Source: Candidatus Poriferisocius sp. (lineage in GTDB: Bacteria; Actinomycetota; Acidimicrobiia; Acidimicrobiales; Bin134). Taken from it: 64,000 nucleotides of DNA. Shown piece after piece: positions 38,890-47,095 of the stretch. The stretch's first letter is position 1. Every line of letters starts with the position of its first letter. The stretch spans positions 2,664,696-2,728,695 of the forward strand of contig OZ244918.1 of assembly GCA_965221865.1 (NCBI GenBank), given 5' to 3'. A program made the position numbers and the translations under genes. The notes below the pieces were generated by a model. It was not told the origin of the DNA, did no database searches, and saw only the letters and a program-made list of their open reading frames with translations.

Positions 38890-38937
38890 TCAATCACTAC
38901 TTTTGCTTTCTCCTAGTACCTTTTGTTTTTCGTCCAT
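38890..38937 (-). CDS. candidate 15-codon leader micro-ORF
   Basis: Read by hand as MDEKQKVLGESKSSD, with GAAAGGAGAAG immediately upstream of its ATG. Its stop is 3 nt before the ATG at 38886, and that ATG has no SD of its own. Confidence 0.25.
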   Translation of the reverse strand: MDEKQKVLGESKSSD

Positions 38938-39024
38938 ATCTTCTCCTTTCACACTTATGAGACCGCTCACCAGCTGTGGCTGCAAGGGGTGAGCATAATA
39001 ACAGCTATGTTATATAAAAAACAA

Positions 39025-39030
39025 ATTATA
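39025..39030 (-). promoter_or_regulatory. candidate -10 element for the vWA/tubulin-like operon
   Basis: A perfect TATAAT on the minus strand in the AT-rich 287-bp intergenic region, about 90 nt upstream of the micro-ORF. No convincing -35. Confidence 0.3.
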
Positions 39031-39173
39031 TTCAGCAAGCAAGCAAACACAGCAGGCGGGCAACATAGCGTAGAAGAGTTGCGTGATTACTTCCCATAAC
39101 CACATCGCTTAGCGGGTTAGTAGCTCTGCCACTTGGTCTTCGCAGCGTTGTCTAGAGTCGGGCCGGGTTTGGG

Positions 39174-42100
39174 TTAGTCGTTGTCTTTGATGGTGATGAT
39201 GGCCTGCCCGTCGCCGATCTCCACACTCTTAGGATCTGACAACATGATCTGGAACTTCTCATTGGACTCTTTAATAAAATCATCCCTCACATAAACACCC
39301 AAATGCGCCCTAGTGAAGCCCGGACGGAACCTTAACGTCCCACCTCGCCCACCAAAATCATCGCCAATAGAGGCAAACTCAGTCCCACTGCCAATAGCTT
39401 TAGTCACCCATCTCACGGTCACTAAATGATCCACCGGCTTGCTTAGCACAGCAACAAAATTATGCCAACCACCCCAACCATCACCCTCACCGACAACCTG
39501 ATCAGCGATCACCACTGTCGCCGCATCCACAGCTGGTGTTGGCGGGTTGTCGTCGTCTGTGATGTTTACGGTTGCGGAGGCTGCGGTGGAGTCTACGTCG
39601 TAGGTTGCGCCGTCGGTGATTGTTGTGGTGACTGAACCGTCGGTTTCGTCGGTGGTGTCACCGGTGGTTGATACTGTGAGGGTGGCTGTGCCGCTGGTGG
39701 GAATGGTGACGGTGCGGTTGCCGGTGGTGACGCCGAAGCTACCTGATGCGGTTACGTTCACTGTTACAGTAAGTGAACTTAACGGCGTAGGACTCGCGGT
39801 GAGAGTGAACGACGCCGCACTGCCTTCAGTCACATCGCTGCCTGCAGTGATACTCACCACCGGTGTTGGCGGGTTGTCGTCGTCTGTGATGTTGACGGTT
39901 GCTGAGGCTGCGGTGGAGTCTACGTCGTAGGTTGCGCCGTCGGTGATTGTTGTGGTGACTGAACCGTCGGTTTCGTCGGTGGTGTCACCGGTGGTTGATA
40001 CTGTGAGGGTGGCTGTGCCGCTGGTGGGAATGGTGACGGTGCGGTTGCCGGTGGTGACGCCGAAGCTACCTGATGCGGTTACGTTCACTGTTACAGTAAG
40101 TGAACTTGACGGCGTAGGACTCGCGGTGAGAGTGAACGACGCCGCACTGCCTTCAGTCACATCGCTGCCTGCAGTGATACTCACCACCGGTGTTGGCGGG
40201 TTGTCGTCGTCTGTGATGTTGACGGTTGCTGAGGCTGCGGTGGAGTCTACGTCGTAGGTTGCGCCGTCGGTGATTGTTGCGGTGACTGAACCGTCGGTTT
40301 CGTCGGTGGTGTCACCGGTGGTTGATACTGTGAGGGTGGCTGTGCCGCTGGTGGGAATGGTGACTGTACGGTTGCCGGTGGTGACGCCGAAGCTGCCGGA
40401 TGCGGTTACGTTCACTGTTACAGTAAGTGAACTTGACGGCGTAGGACTCGCGGTGAGAGTGAACGACGCCGCACTGCCTTCAGTCACATCGCTGCCTGCA
40501 GTGATACTCACCACCGGTGTTGGCGGGTTGTCGTCGTCTGTGATGTTGACGGTTGCTGAGGCTGCGGTGGAGTCTACGTCGTAGGTTGCGCCGTCGGTGA
40601 TTGTTGCGGTGACTGAACCGTCGGTTTCGTCGGTGGTGTCACCGGTGGTTGATACTGTGAGGGTGGCTGTGCCGCTGGTGGGAATGGTGACTGTACGGTT
40701 GCCGGTGGTGACGCCGAAGCTGCCGGATGCGGTTACGTTCACTGTTACAGTAAGTGAACTTGACGGCGTAGGACTCGCGGTGAGAGTGAACGACGCCGCA
40801 CTGCCTTCAGTCACATCGCTGCCTGCAGTGATACTCACCACCGGTGTTGTGGGGGAAGCACATAGCGCTTTTTCTTGTTCGATGCGTTCGAGTTCTTGGC
40901 GGACTGCTTGCCAGCCGTTCCAGATCTGTTCGGCTGCGGTTGCTTCTGTGGCTGTGAAGGGTTCAAGTGTGTCGGAGGTTTCGACCCCGAAAGCGATGAG
41001 GACGCGTAGCCAGTTATGGCTGTAGTCGGATCTGGTGCGGTTGGTTTCGTGGTAGCTTCTCACCAGGTCGACTAGATCGGTGCTGGTTGGAGTGACCGTG
41101 CAAACCGGTGGCGGTGTGGTGAGCGGAACGCGATCAGCGGACGGTATCAGCGTCAACGCTGTGATACCTGGATGATCTGCGGCGTATTTGTAAGCGCGGT
41201 ACACCCAAGTGTCGCTGGAGTTAGCGGGAGAGTCGCCTTTGGGTACAATCTCAGTTCCTCTGGCGAGTGGGGAAATGTAGTGCCAGACCACCGTCCCGTC
41301 AGATGTCACTTCGCTGATTCTGGCGTGGTTGCCCTCGGTGATGAGCGTATTGCCGTTGGGCAGTCGCTGAGCGTTCGACATGATCCAAGTGTGCTCAGCA
41401 AGGCGATGAGTCCACAAAAGAGTCGGCAGCATGAACCCCTTACCAGCCCGCAAGTAGGCATGGCCTGAGGAGGGGAAGGCCAGCTCATCTGCCGATGCGT
41501 AGTTGCGCAGGAACCCGGGATGCTCATGGCCATTGTTATAGATCAACACGTTCCCTGCGCCCTGCAACCCGCTGGGTATCCAATGGGCGTTGTGTGGGAA
41601 GAACAATCGCTGATCGATTTTGCTCCCGTTATCGTGGGTACGCGGGTTGCCGTAGCGGTAAAGCAGATTTCCGCCTTGGTTGCTATTGCCACCGGAACCG
41701 GTCGCCGCCTCCGTTGTGGTCGTGCTGTGGTCGATCACCCAGGCTTCGCTGAAGTGACGGGAGGTGATCAAAATCTGATCCAGAGAAGCATTGTAATCTA
41801 TGGAGTTAAGGTGCGTCAGATGGTGCGGATTTTGTAAAAATCCGTTGCTGCCGTCGCGTATCTGACATATCCCATAGTTGATATCGATAAGTTCGGGATG
41901 ATCAGCGATCGTGCCATAGTTGTCTTTGGTGGAGTCATGATCTTGAATCAGATGATCCCAGACGTTCCACTTCCAGACAACGGTCCCGCCGTTCGAGCCA
42001 GTGGGTTTGATCTCGATGATCGAGTCTACTTCCAACCCCTTAGTGCCGAGGCAGGAAGGGTCCGCGCCAGCGGCGATAGATTGTGCTCTTGTGTAATATT

Positions 42101-42848
42101 CTGATTTGATGAATAAAAAGTTACCGTTGGCTAGCTTGGCAACATCGTGATGGAGTTCAGCGGCTGTGTACTGATATACCGCTGTTCCGTCAGAGCCGAT
42201 TTCGCTGACACTTAAGCCGATGTTTCCCGTTACCAGGTTGCCGCTGTCTAGAAGCTTCACTAAACGATCGGGAATGTCCCAGCTATAGGCTTTTCGACCT
42301 TCATTGTCAATCAGATAAACGCTGTTGTGCCACACGCCGGTCAGCAGCGTGTAGCCGTCAAGCGCTCCAGTCTCATTGACGTGCAATCCGACCCCGCTGT
42401 AGGCAGCGGACGTTCCCACAGCAACGGTTGCCGCGCTCGGATTGGCGATGGTGTATGTGCTGTCGGCTACTAAAGCCACCGTCACCGATGTAGTATCGGC
42501 CGTATAGTAAATATGTTCTGCTTCAGATGCTTGAGAGGTGACCAGACTTTGCGAATAGTCAAGGGTTTGGTTGCCAACACCAGCAACTGAATACTGGATC
42601 GTCAGCGACCCTGTTGGCGCTGGCGCGACAGTGAATGTGCATACCACTGCGCCGGGTGTCACGGCATTTTGTGCCACCGCAGCCGCCGAGGCCGGACACG
42701 ACACCGAAACCGTAGGCAAGTTCTGCGCCTGTGCCGAACGCTGAGCACCCACGGCAACCTCGACAAGTGACACAACCAATAGTGTCACTCCAGCTAGCAG
42801 GGCCAAAAAGAAGAAAAAAAGTGAAACTCGTACCGTGGCAAAGCGCAT
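39174..42848 (-). CDS. large secreted protein: ASST-like beta-propeller plus 4 tandem Calx-beta/Ig-like repeats plus a terminal Calx-beta domain
   Basis: 1224 aa from the ATG at 42848, with AAGGAG 7 nt upstream (the track starts 11 codons earlier). It has an N-terminal TM/signal segment. LIYNNGHEHPG and LPNGNTLITEG resemble arylsulfotransferase-like propellers. Four 109-aa repeats follow. The C-terminal DDFIKESNEKFQIML matches the Calx-beta pattern. Confidence 0.75.
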   Translation of the reverse strand: MRFATVRVSLFFFFLALLAGVTLLVVSLVEVAVGAQRSAQAQNLPTVSVSCPASAAAVAQNAVTPGAVVCTFTVAPAPTGSLTIQYSVAGVGNQTLDYSQSLVTSQASEAEHIYYTADTTSVTVALVADSTYTIANPSAATVAVGTSAAYSGVGLHVNETGALDGYTLLTGVWHNSVYLIDNEGRKAYSWDIPDRLVKLLDSGNLVTGNIGLSVSEIGSDGTAVYQYTAAELHHDVAKLANGNFLFIKSEYYTRAQSIAAGADPSCLGTKGLEVDSIIEIKPTGSNGGTVVWKWNVWDHLIQDHDSTKDNYGTIADHPELIDINYGICQIRDGSNGFLQNPHHLTHLNSIDYNASLDQILITSRHFSEAWVIDHSTTTTEAATGSGGNSNQGGNLLYRYGNPRTHDNGSKIDQRLFFPHNAHWIPSGLQGAGNVLIYNNGHEHPGFLRNYASADELAFPSSGHAYLRAGKGFMLPTLLWTHRLAEHTWIMSNAQRLPNGNTLITEGNHARISEVTSDGTVVWHYISPLARGTEIVPKGDSPANSSDTWVYRAYKYAADHPGITALTLIPSADRVPLTTPPPVCTVTPTSTDLVDLVRSYHETNRTRSDYSHNWLRVLIAFGVETSDTLEPFTATEATAAEQIWNGWQAVRQELERIEQEKALCASPTTPVVSITAGSDVTEGSAASFTLTASPTPSSSLTVTVNVTASGSFGVTTGNRTVTIPTSGTATLTVSTTGDTTDETDGSVTATITDGATYDVDSTAASATVNITDDDNPPTPVVSITAGSDVTEGSAASFTLTASPTPSSSLTVTVNVTASGSFGVTTGNRTVTIPTSGTATLTVSTTGDTTDETDGSVTATITDGATYDVDSTAASATVNITDDDNPPTPVVSITAGSDVTEGSAASFTLTASPTPSSSLTVTVNVTASGSFGVTTGNRTVTIPTSGTATLTVSTTGDTTDETDGSVTTTITDGATYDVDSTAASATVNITDDDNPPTPVVSITAGSDVTEGSAASFTLTASPTPLSSLTVTVNVTASGSFGVTTGNRTVTIPTSGTATLTVSTTGDTTDETDGSVTTTITDGATYDVDSTAASATVNITDDDNPPTPAVDAATVVIADQVVGEGDGWGGWHNFVAVLSKPVDHLVTVRWVTKAIGSGTEFASIGDDFGGRGGTLRFRPGFTRAHLGVYVRDDFIKESNEKFQIMLSDPKSVEIGDGQAIITIKDND
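39535..40842. repeat. 4 x 327-bp near-identical in-frame tandem repeats
   Basis: The unit start GGTGTTGGCGGGTTGTCGTCG recurs at 39535, 39862, 40189 and 40516, and diverges at 40843. The period of 327 bp equals 109 codons. Confidence 0.95.
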
Positions 42849-42999
42849 GACCAACTCCTTGCGATTGTGCTGAATCTGCAATCAATCTTACATGGTCTCT
42901 ACCCTTTTTTGTGCGAATTGTTCGTGTAAACAGCTTGCCACAGGGGAGGGGAGTGGCGGTTACAGTGTCACCACATGCACGCTATGCTCTCTGTTTCCT

Positions 43000-43223
43000 A
43001 CCATATATGAGATGGACAAATTCTTGTTAGAGTCACCTCAGTAGATCATCACAGTGTTAGATATTGAGGCTACCTGCTGGAATGATGGCAACCACAAACG
43101 CTCTGAGATGGAAACCATAGAAATCGGAGCGATGCAAATAGCCTACGACATGTCGCTTCAAGATAGTTTTCAGGCATACATCAAACCTGTGGTACACCCC
43201 AAACTAAGCGATTTTTGCGTAAA
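43000..43223 (+). pseudogene. 5' fragment of a DEDDh 3'-5' exonuclease gene (truncated copy)
   Basis: The VLDIEATCWNDG...KLSDFCVK fragment matches the N-terminus of the gene at 58384..58911. It has an in-frame TAG and a 1-bp indel in the leader. Homology stops abruptly at 43223, where the IS481-like sequence begins. Confidence 0.8.
43054..43223 (+). repeat. inverted-repeat arm A (170 bp)
   Basis: By manual alignment it is the reverse complement of 58694..58863, with 3 mismatches in 170 bp. Confidence 0.85.
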
Positions 43224-44203
43224 GGTTGTTTACGCGTGATGCGGGTGTGTCGCTGATGGTGGTGTGGTGTTGGTGGAGATTGTAGTGGTGTGTTCATGTT
43301 TGGAGTCGACGTCTGCGGTCGGGTTGTCGTTTTGAGTTTGTAGTTGTATAAGAATTCTTCTGTGAGGGTACGGTTGCACCGTTCAGCTTTAGCTGTTGAT
43401 TTGGGGTTGGTAGGGTTTGGTGAAGGTATGTGTGATGGCTTGGTAAGCGAGTTGTTCAACGAATTTTTTGGATTTGAAGTTAGCTCCGTTGTCTGTGATG
43501 ATTTCGTCTACAGTCACTCCAATGGAGCGGAACCATAGACGGGCTCACCCAAAGAACTCGCAAAGTGTGACAGCGGTTTCGTTGTCGAGTGCCTCCACGT
43601 AAGCCAAGCGGCTGTGACCTGTTTATTGCTACATGTGAGTAGCTGTAACCCAGTCTTAGTCGCCGGCAGGTTCCACAAGATACGGTGTTCCCTTTGCCAT
43701 GAACTTTCCATCCGCCTCTAGGAGAGGATTTTACCTACTTTTTTGATGTCCAATATGTATCAGATCACCAGGTTCAGCTCGTTCATAACGGCGTATCACC
43801 TTACCAGCAGACCGATCAATCCCTGACAGACATCTCAAACCGTTACACACCAAAACACGATGCACCGTAGACGCTCACATTTTCAGTCAGACTGCTATAG
43901 GAGCGGGCCCCCAACGCTTCCAACAACGCAACCCACATACTCTAACCTCAACCCCAGCACTGATACGCCTCGGTGACCGGTGAGGCTTTGACAACCGATC
44001 CACCAAACCAGCATCACCTTCAACTTGCCAGCAATGCCACCACTTAGCCACCGCAACCCGCGAAACACCCATCTGCGCAACCACATGAGCCTGAGGCATC
44101 TCAACTTGAATCCGCGCAACAACCACCAACCTGCCCACAAAAGTCAAAGGTACACTAGAATGTGATATTGAGCCTCCTTAGCTCAGTGCAATAGTCAATA
44201 ACC
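43224..44203 (-). mobile_element. IS481-family insertion sequence relic (transposase pseudogene)
   Basis: Minus-strand fragments include an N-terminal HTH (GVSRVAVAKWWHCWQVEGDAGLVDRLSKPHRSPRR) and a DDE core (GHSRLAYVEALDNE...FFG*ARLWFRSIGVTVDEIITDNGANFKSKKF) with an in-frame TGA, plus KAERCNRTLTEEF. Several frame breaks. The boundaries are approximate. Confidence 0.75.
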
Positions 44204-44282
44204 ACCACACTGATACAACAGGCTCACCCAATAGTGGAGCTAACAACTTCCATGGACACTACACCTAGCAGACGAGACAGAT

Positions 44283-44540
44283 ATGAAGCTTGAGGTGGAT
44301 AAAGAAACACACCAAAAGCTGATAGCAGAACAAGATGCTTGTGAAATGCATCTGGTGAAGATGCATAGACTGGCTGGCCAGTGGAAATTCCTGGCGCTTA
44401 TTTGCGAAAAACGCGCTGCCACCGAAGGTATATCTGAGCCGCATAAAAGAGCCCTTCTAGACAATGCTCGCATCTACAAAGAAGCGGCAGAAGAAGTATC
44501 ACCTAGTGCTGATATGGATATAGAGAAGTTATTCAAATAG
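44283..44540 (+). CDS. small hypothetical protein
   Basis: 85 aa, charged and helical. No motif. Confidence 0.35.
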   Translation: MKLEVDKETHQKLIAEQDACEMHLVKMHRLAGQWKFLALICEKRAATEGISEPHKRALLDNARIYKEAAEEVSPSADMDIEKLFK

Positions 44541-44665
44541 TACATAGGAAACGGTTCAGATGGCAGTGTTAGGCGAATATCGCTGCCGCCTTGTACCGTC
44601 ATTTACCGCGTTAGCTACTTTTACCCTCTGAAACCACTGCATCCCTAAGCGAGTATTATCCGATC

Positions 44666-45295
44666 ATGTCTGTCTGGTACACATCCGATCATCATTTTGG
44701 GCATAGCAATATCATCCGTTACTGTGAGCGTCCTTTCAGTTTTGTAGGTGAGATGAACGAGGCGATGGTAGAGCGTTGGAATGAGCGTATCTCCGCTGAC
44801 GATGAGGTGTGGGTATTAGGCGATGTGGTTATGGGAAGTAATCACGCAACTCTTCGACGCCATGTGGCACGCCTGCGAGGACATAAAATTCTTGTGCCAG
44901 GCAACCATGATCGCTGCTGGGCGCACAAAGGCAACCATGTGAAAGCACGAGATGCTTATTACAAGCTGGGAGGTTTCGAAGACATCGTAGACAATCCCGA
45001 TCCGCACACAATCGGTTCTCATAGCGTCAAACTAGATCATTTCCCTTACAGGTTAGACCCTAAATATGATCAGAAATACCAGCATTTACGACCTGTAGAC
45101 GATGGGAGCTGGTTATTGCACGGGCATATCCACGAAAAATGGCGGCAAAAAGGAAGACAGATCAACGTTGGTGTAGACGTATGGGATTACGCGCCTGTGT
45201 CTTCTGATGAAATAGCGAATCTGATAGCAGCAGGACCAAATAATCTCTGCAGGCATGGGGAACGACTAGAAGAGGTGCCGCTGAGTTCTAACTAA
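44666..45295 (+). CDS. metallophosphoesterase (calcineurin-like)
   Basis: 209 aa with motifs SDHHFGH, GDVVMG, GNHD and GHIHE in canonical order. Confidence 0.8.
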   Translation: MSVWYTSDHHFGHSNIIRYCERPFSFVGEMNEAMVERWNERISADDEVWVLGDVVMGSNHATLRRHVARLRGHKILVPGNHDRCWAHKGNHVKARDAYYKLGGFEDIVDNPDPHTIGSHSVKLDHFPYRLDPKYDQKYQHLRPVDDGSWLLHGHIHEKWRQKGRQINVGVDVWDYAPVSSDEIANLIAAGPNNLCRHGERLEEVPLSSN

Positions 45296-45336
45296 GCTCA
45301 TTAGCGAAACAATTTTAGCAGCAATATGGTAGACTG

Positions 45337-46182
45337 GTGTTCGTGGGAACTCTGGTATCGCCTCGCGATTTACGAGACATGATGGTAGAAGAAGGTATAC
45401 AGTTTGCTTCTTCCACTGAGATTGGTGAATGGATTGGATGCAGTCCAGCTCAAGTGTCTACACGACTACGAGGAGCACGTCAAGCTAACGAAATGCTGTG
45501 CGTTACCAATGGCGGCTGGGTGCCAGTCGTATCACCAAAACGTCTCAATGTTAAGACTTTTATAGACCCTATGATGCGGCACTTGGGATATGAGTATTAC
45601 ATAACCGGCATGTCAGGTGCAGCCGCTTTTGGAGCTGCACATCAAGCAGTCTTTGCCACGCACATAGCTACTAGTGGACATGTCCGAAGCCGCGTTTTTG
45701 GTGGAGTATCTCGTCTAAGGGTGTTTCGTAAAGAAGATGCTTCGATAATACCTACGCAACAAAAATCTATTCAAAGTTGGACAGGGCATTTATGTTCTAT
45801 AACAGTCGGCACACCTGAGGTGATTTTATTCGATCTGTTCTCAACCTGTAATCGCTTGTTTATAGATTCTCAACTAAACGCTTTTTGCGAGTTCCTAGAC
45901 CCAGGTCTAAAGCAACCCTCGCTAATAGATGCAGACAGAATTGCTGCAACAGGGCTTTTATATTCGCTTCAAACAAGACAACGTGTAGGGTTTCTTTTAG
46001 AGAAAATATCTAATTATGTGAAGCGTGACTTCGATTTAGACCCTTTACGCTCCACGATGCCATCCCATTTACGCATGGTGGAGTTGGAAAAATGTCCTGA
46101 TAAGTATGACCCACCAGTAGCAGTGAGTGGGCTGTGGGGCGTTAGGCAGTGGGACGATTTACACCCTGATATTACATGTTAG
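45337..46182 (+). CDS. AbiEi-family antitoxin/transcription regulator
   Basis: 281 aa with an N-terminal wHTH and YYITGMSGAAAFGAAHQAVFATHIA, matching the AbiEi pattern. It overlaps the downstream AbiEii-like gene by 7 nt. Confidence 0.7.
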   Translation: MFVGTLVSPRDLRDMMVEEGIQFASSTEIGEWIGCSPAQVSTRLRGARQANEMLCVTNGGWVPVVSPKRLNVKTFIDPMMRHLGYEYYITGMSGAAAFGAAHQAVFATHIATSGHVRSRVFGGVSRLRVFRKEDASIIPTQQKSIQSWTGHLCSITVGTPEVILFDLFSTCNRLFIDSQLNAFCEFLDPGLKQPSLIDADRIAATGLLYSLQTRQRVGFLLEKISNYVKRDFDLDPLRSTMPSHLRMVELEKCPDKYDPPVAVSGLWGVRQWDDLHPDITC

Positions 46183-47000
46183 ATCGAGTAACTATTGAAC
46201 AATGGGAGTTGACTCACCCATGGACTGAATATGAACAAGTTGAGCAGGATTTGCTGTTAGAAGGCATATTACACAAACTCTCTGAAATCCCTCTTGCGAA
46301 GTCTCTTGTGTTTATTGGTGGGACTTGTCTTCATAAAATGCATGCCGGAAACCCTGCACGGTATTCGGAAGATTTAGATTTTTCTTGGACAAGTGACGAC
46401 ACTGTGGATGGTTTATTGTATGCAACTAAAGAGGCGTGCAGCGATATCGGTTTTTCGGACACTGAGGTAGTCCCATCCAGTGAGGCGCGTTTCCCTAAAG
46501 TACTGTTCTTTTATCAAGGCTTCGATGGTGAGCGAAGGAAAATCAAATTTGAAGCCGATACAGTGCGAAGCTCCTATCTTGAAGGCAAAACAGTGGTGTT
46601 GCCTTTAGAAACTCGCAGCCCATGGCTTACCGCTACATCAGAGATTCCTTGCGCTTCATTAGAGGCTTTAGCAGGGATGAAAATTGTTGCTGGCACTTCA
46701 CGCCGCAAAGCACGCGACTGGTACGACTTCAACTACCTGCGAAACACATTGAACGTGTCGCTAGATGATGCTGTTGCTTGCGCTGATGAACTGAAACCAA
46801 GCGGCTGAAAACCTGTGAGGCGACATAGGTTCGTGCAGAGAATAGCTCGATCACCTAAACAGTCTCACGATTTTTGGGAAGCACTGGAAGACTACCTGCC
46901 TACAGGTCAGACAATCACCTCAGCAGAGCGCAGTCGGATCACAGATACGATGTTAGACACTCTCAACGCTTTTGCTAAGACTCAACAACCCACAGCTTAA
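46176..47000 (+). pseudogene. AbiEii-family nucleotidyltransferase toxin gene interrupted by an in-frame TGA
   Basis: GGTCLHKMH...RYSEDLDF is the AbiEii NTase motif. ORFs 46176..46808 and 46815..47000 are in the same frame, separated only by TGA (46806-46808) plus two codons. Confidence 0.7.
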
Positions 47001-47095
47001 AAATGTTGAGAATACTCATTATGTAATGTTAGGGGTTGAGAATATATAAGATATGATAGTTTTTGGTGTTGTGTGTGGTGGTTTTATGTTTGTTT

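Noticed and set aside
39590-39625. GTCGGTG strings resembling the core of the PafBC-dependent (RecA-NDp-type) promoter motif
   Set aside because: They occur inside the coding repeats on the non-coding strand. They lack the leading T and a properly spaced -10, and they simply recur with the repeat.
39535-40842. Regularly spaced repeats that might be taken for a CRISPR array
   Set aside because: The units are 327 bp long, contiguous with no unique spacers, and in frame within a protein-coding gene. No cas genes are present in the window.
39616-41025. Four plus-strand ORFs (104-142 aa, MIVVVTEPS.../MIVAVTEPS...) recurring every 327 bp
   Set aside because: They are antisense shadows of the tandem repeats inside the 1224-aa minus-strand gene. 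Their periodicity only mirrors the repeat, and they have no independent coding signal.
43224-44203. Terminal inverted repeats of the IS481 relic (GGTTGTTTAC versus GGTTATTGAC)
   Set aside because: Only 8 of the first 10 bases match and similarity is lost afterwards. That is too weak to define the element ends.
46806-46808. The in-frame TGA in the AbiEii gene as selenocysteine or programmed readthrough
   Set aside because: I could see no SECIS-like hairpin immediately downstream, and there is no precedent known to me for Sec in this family. A nonsense mutation or sequencing error is the simpler reading.
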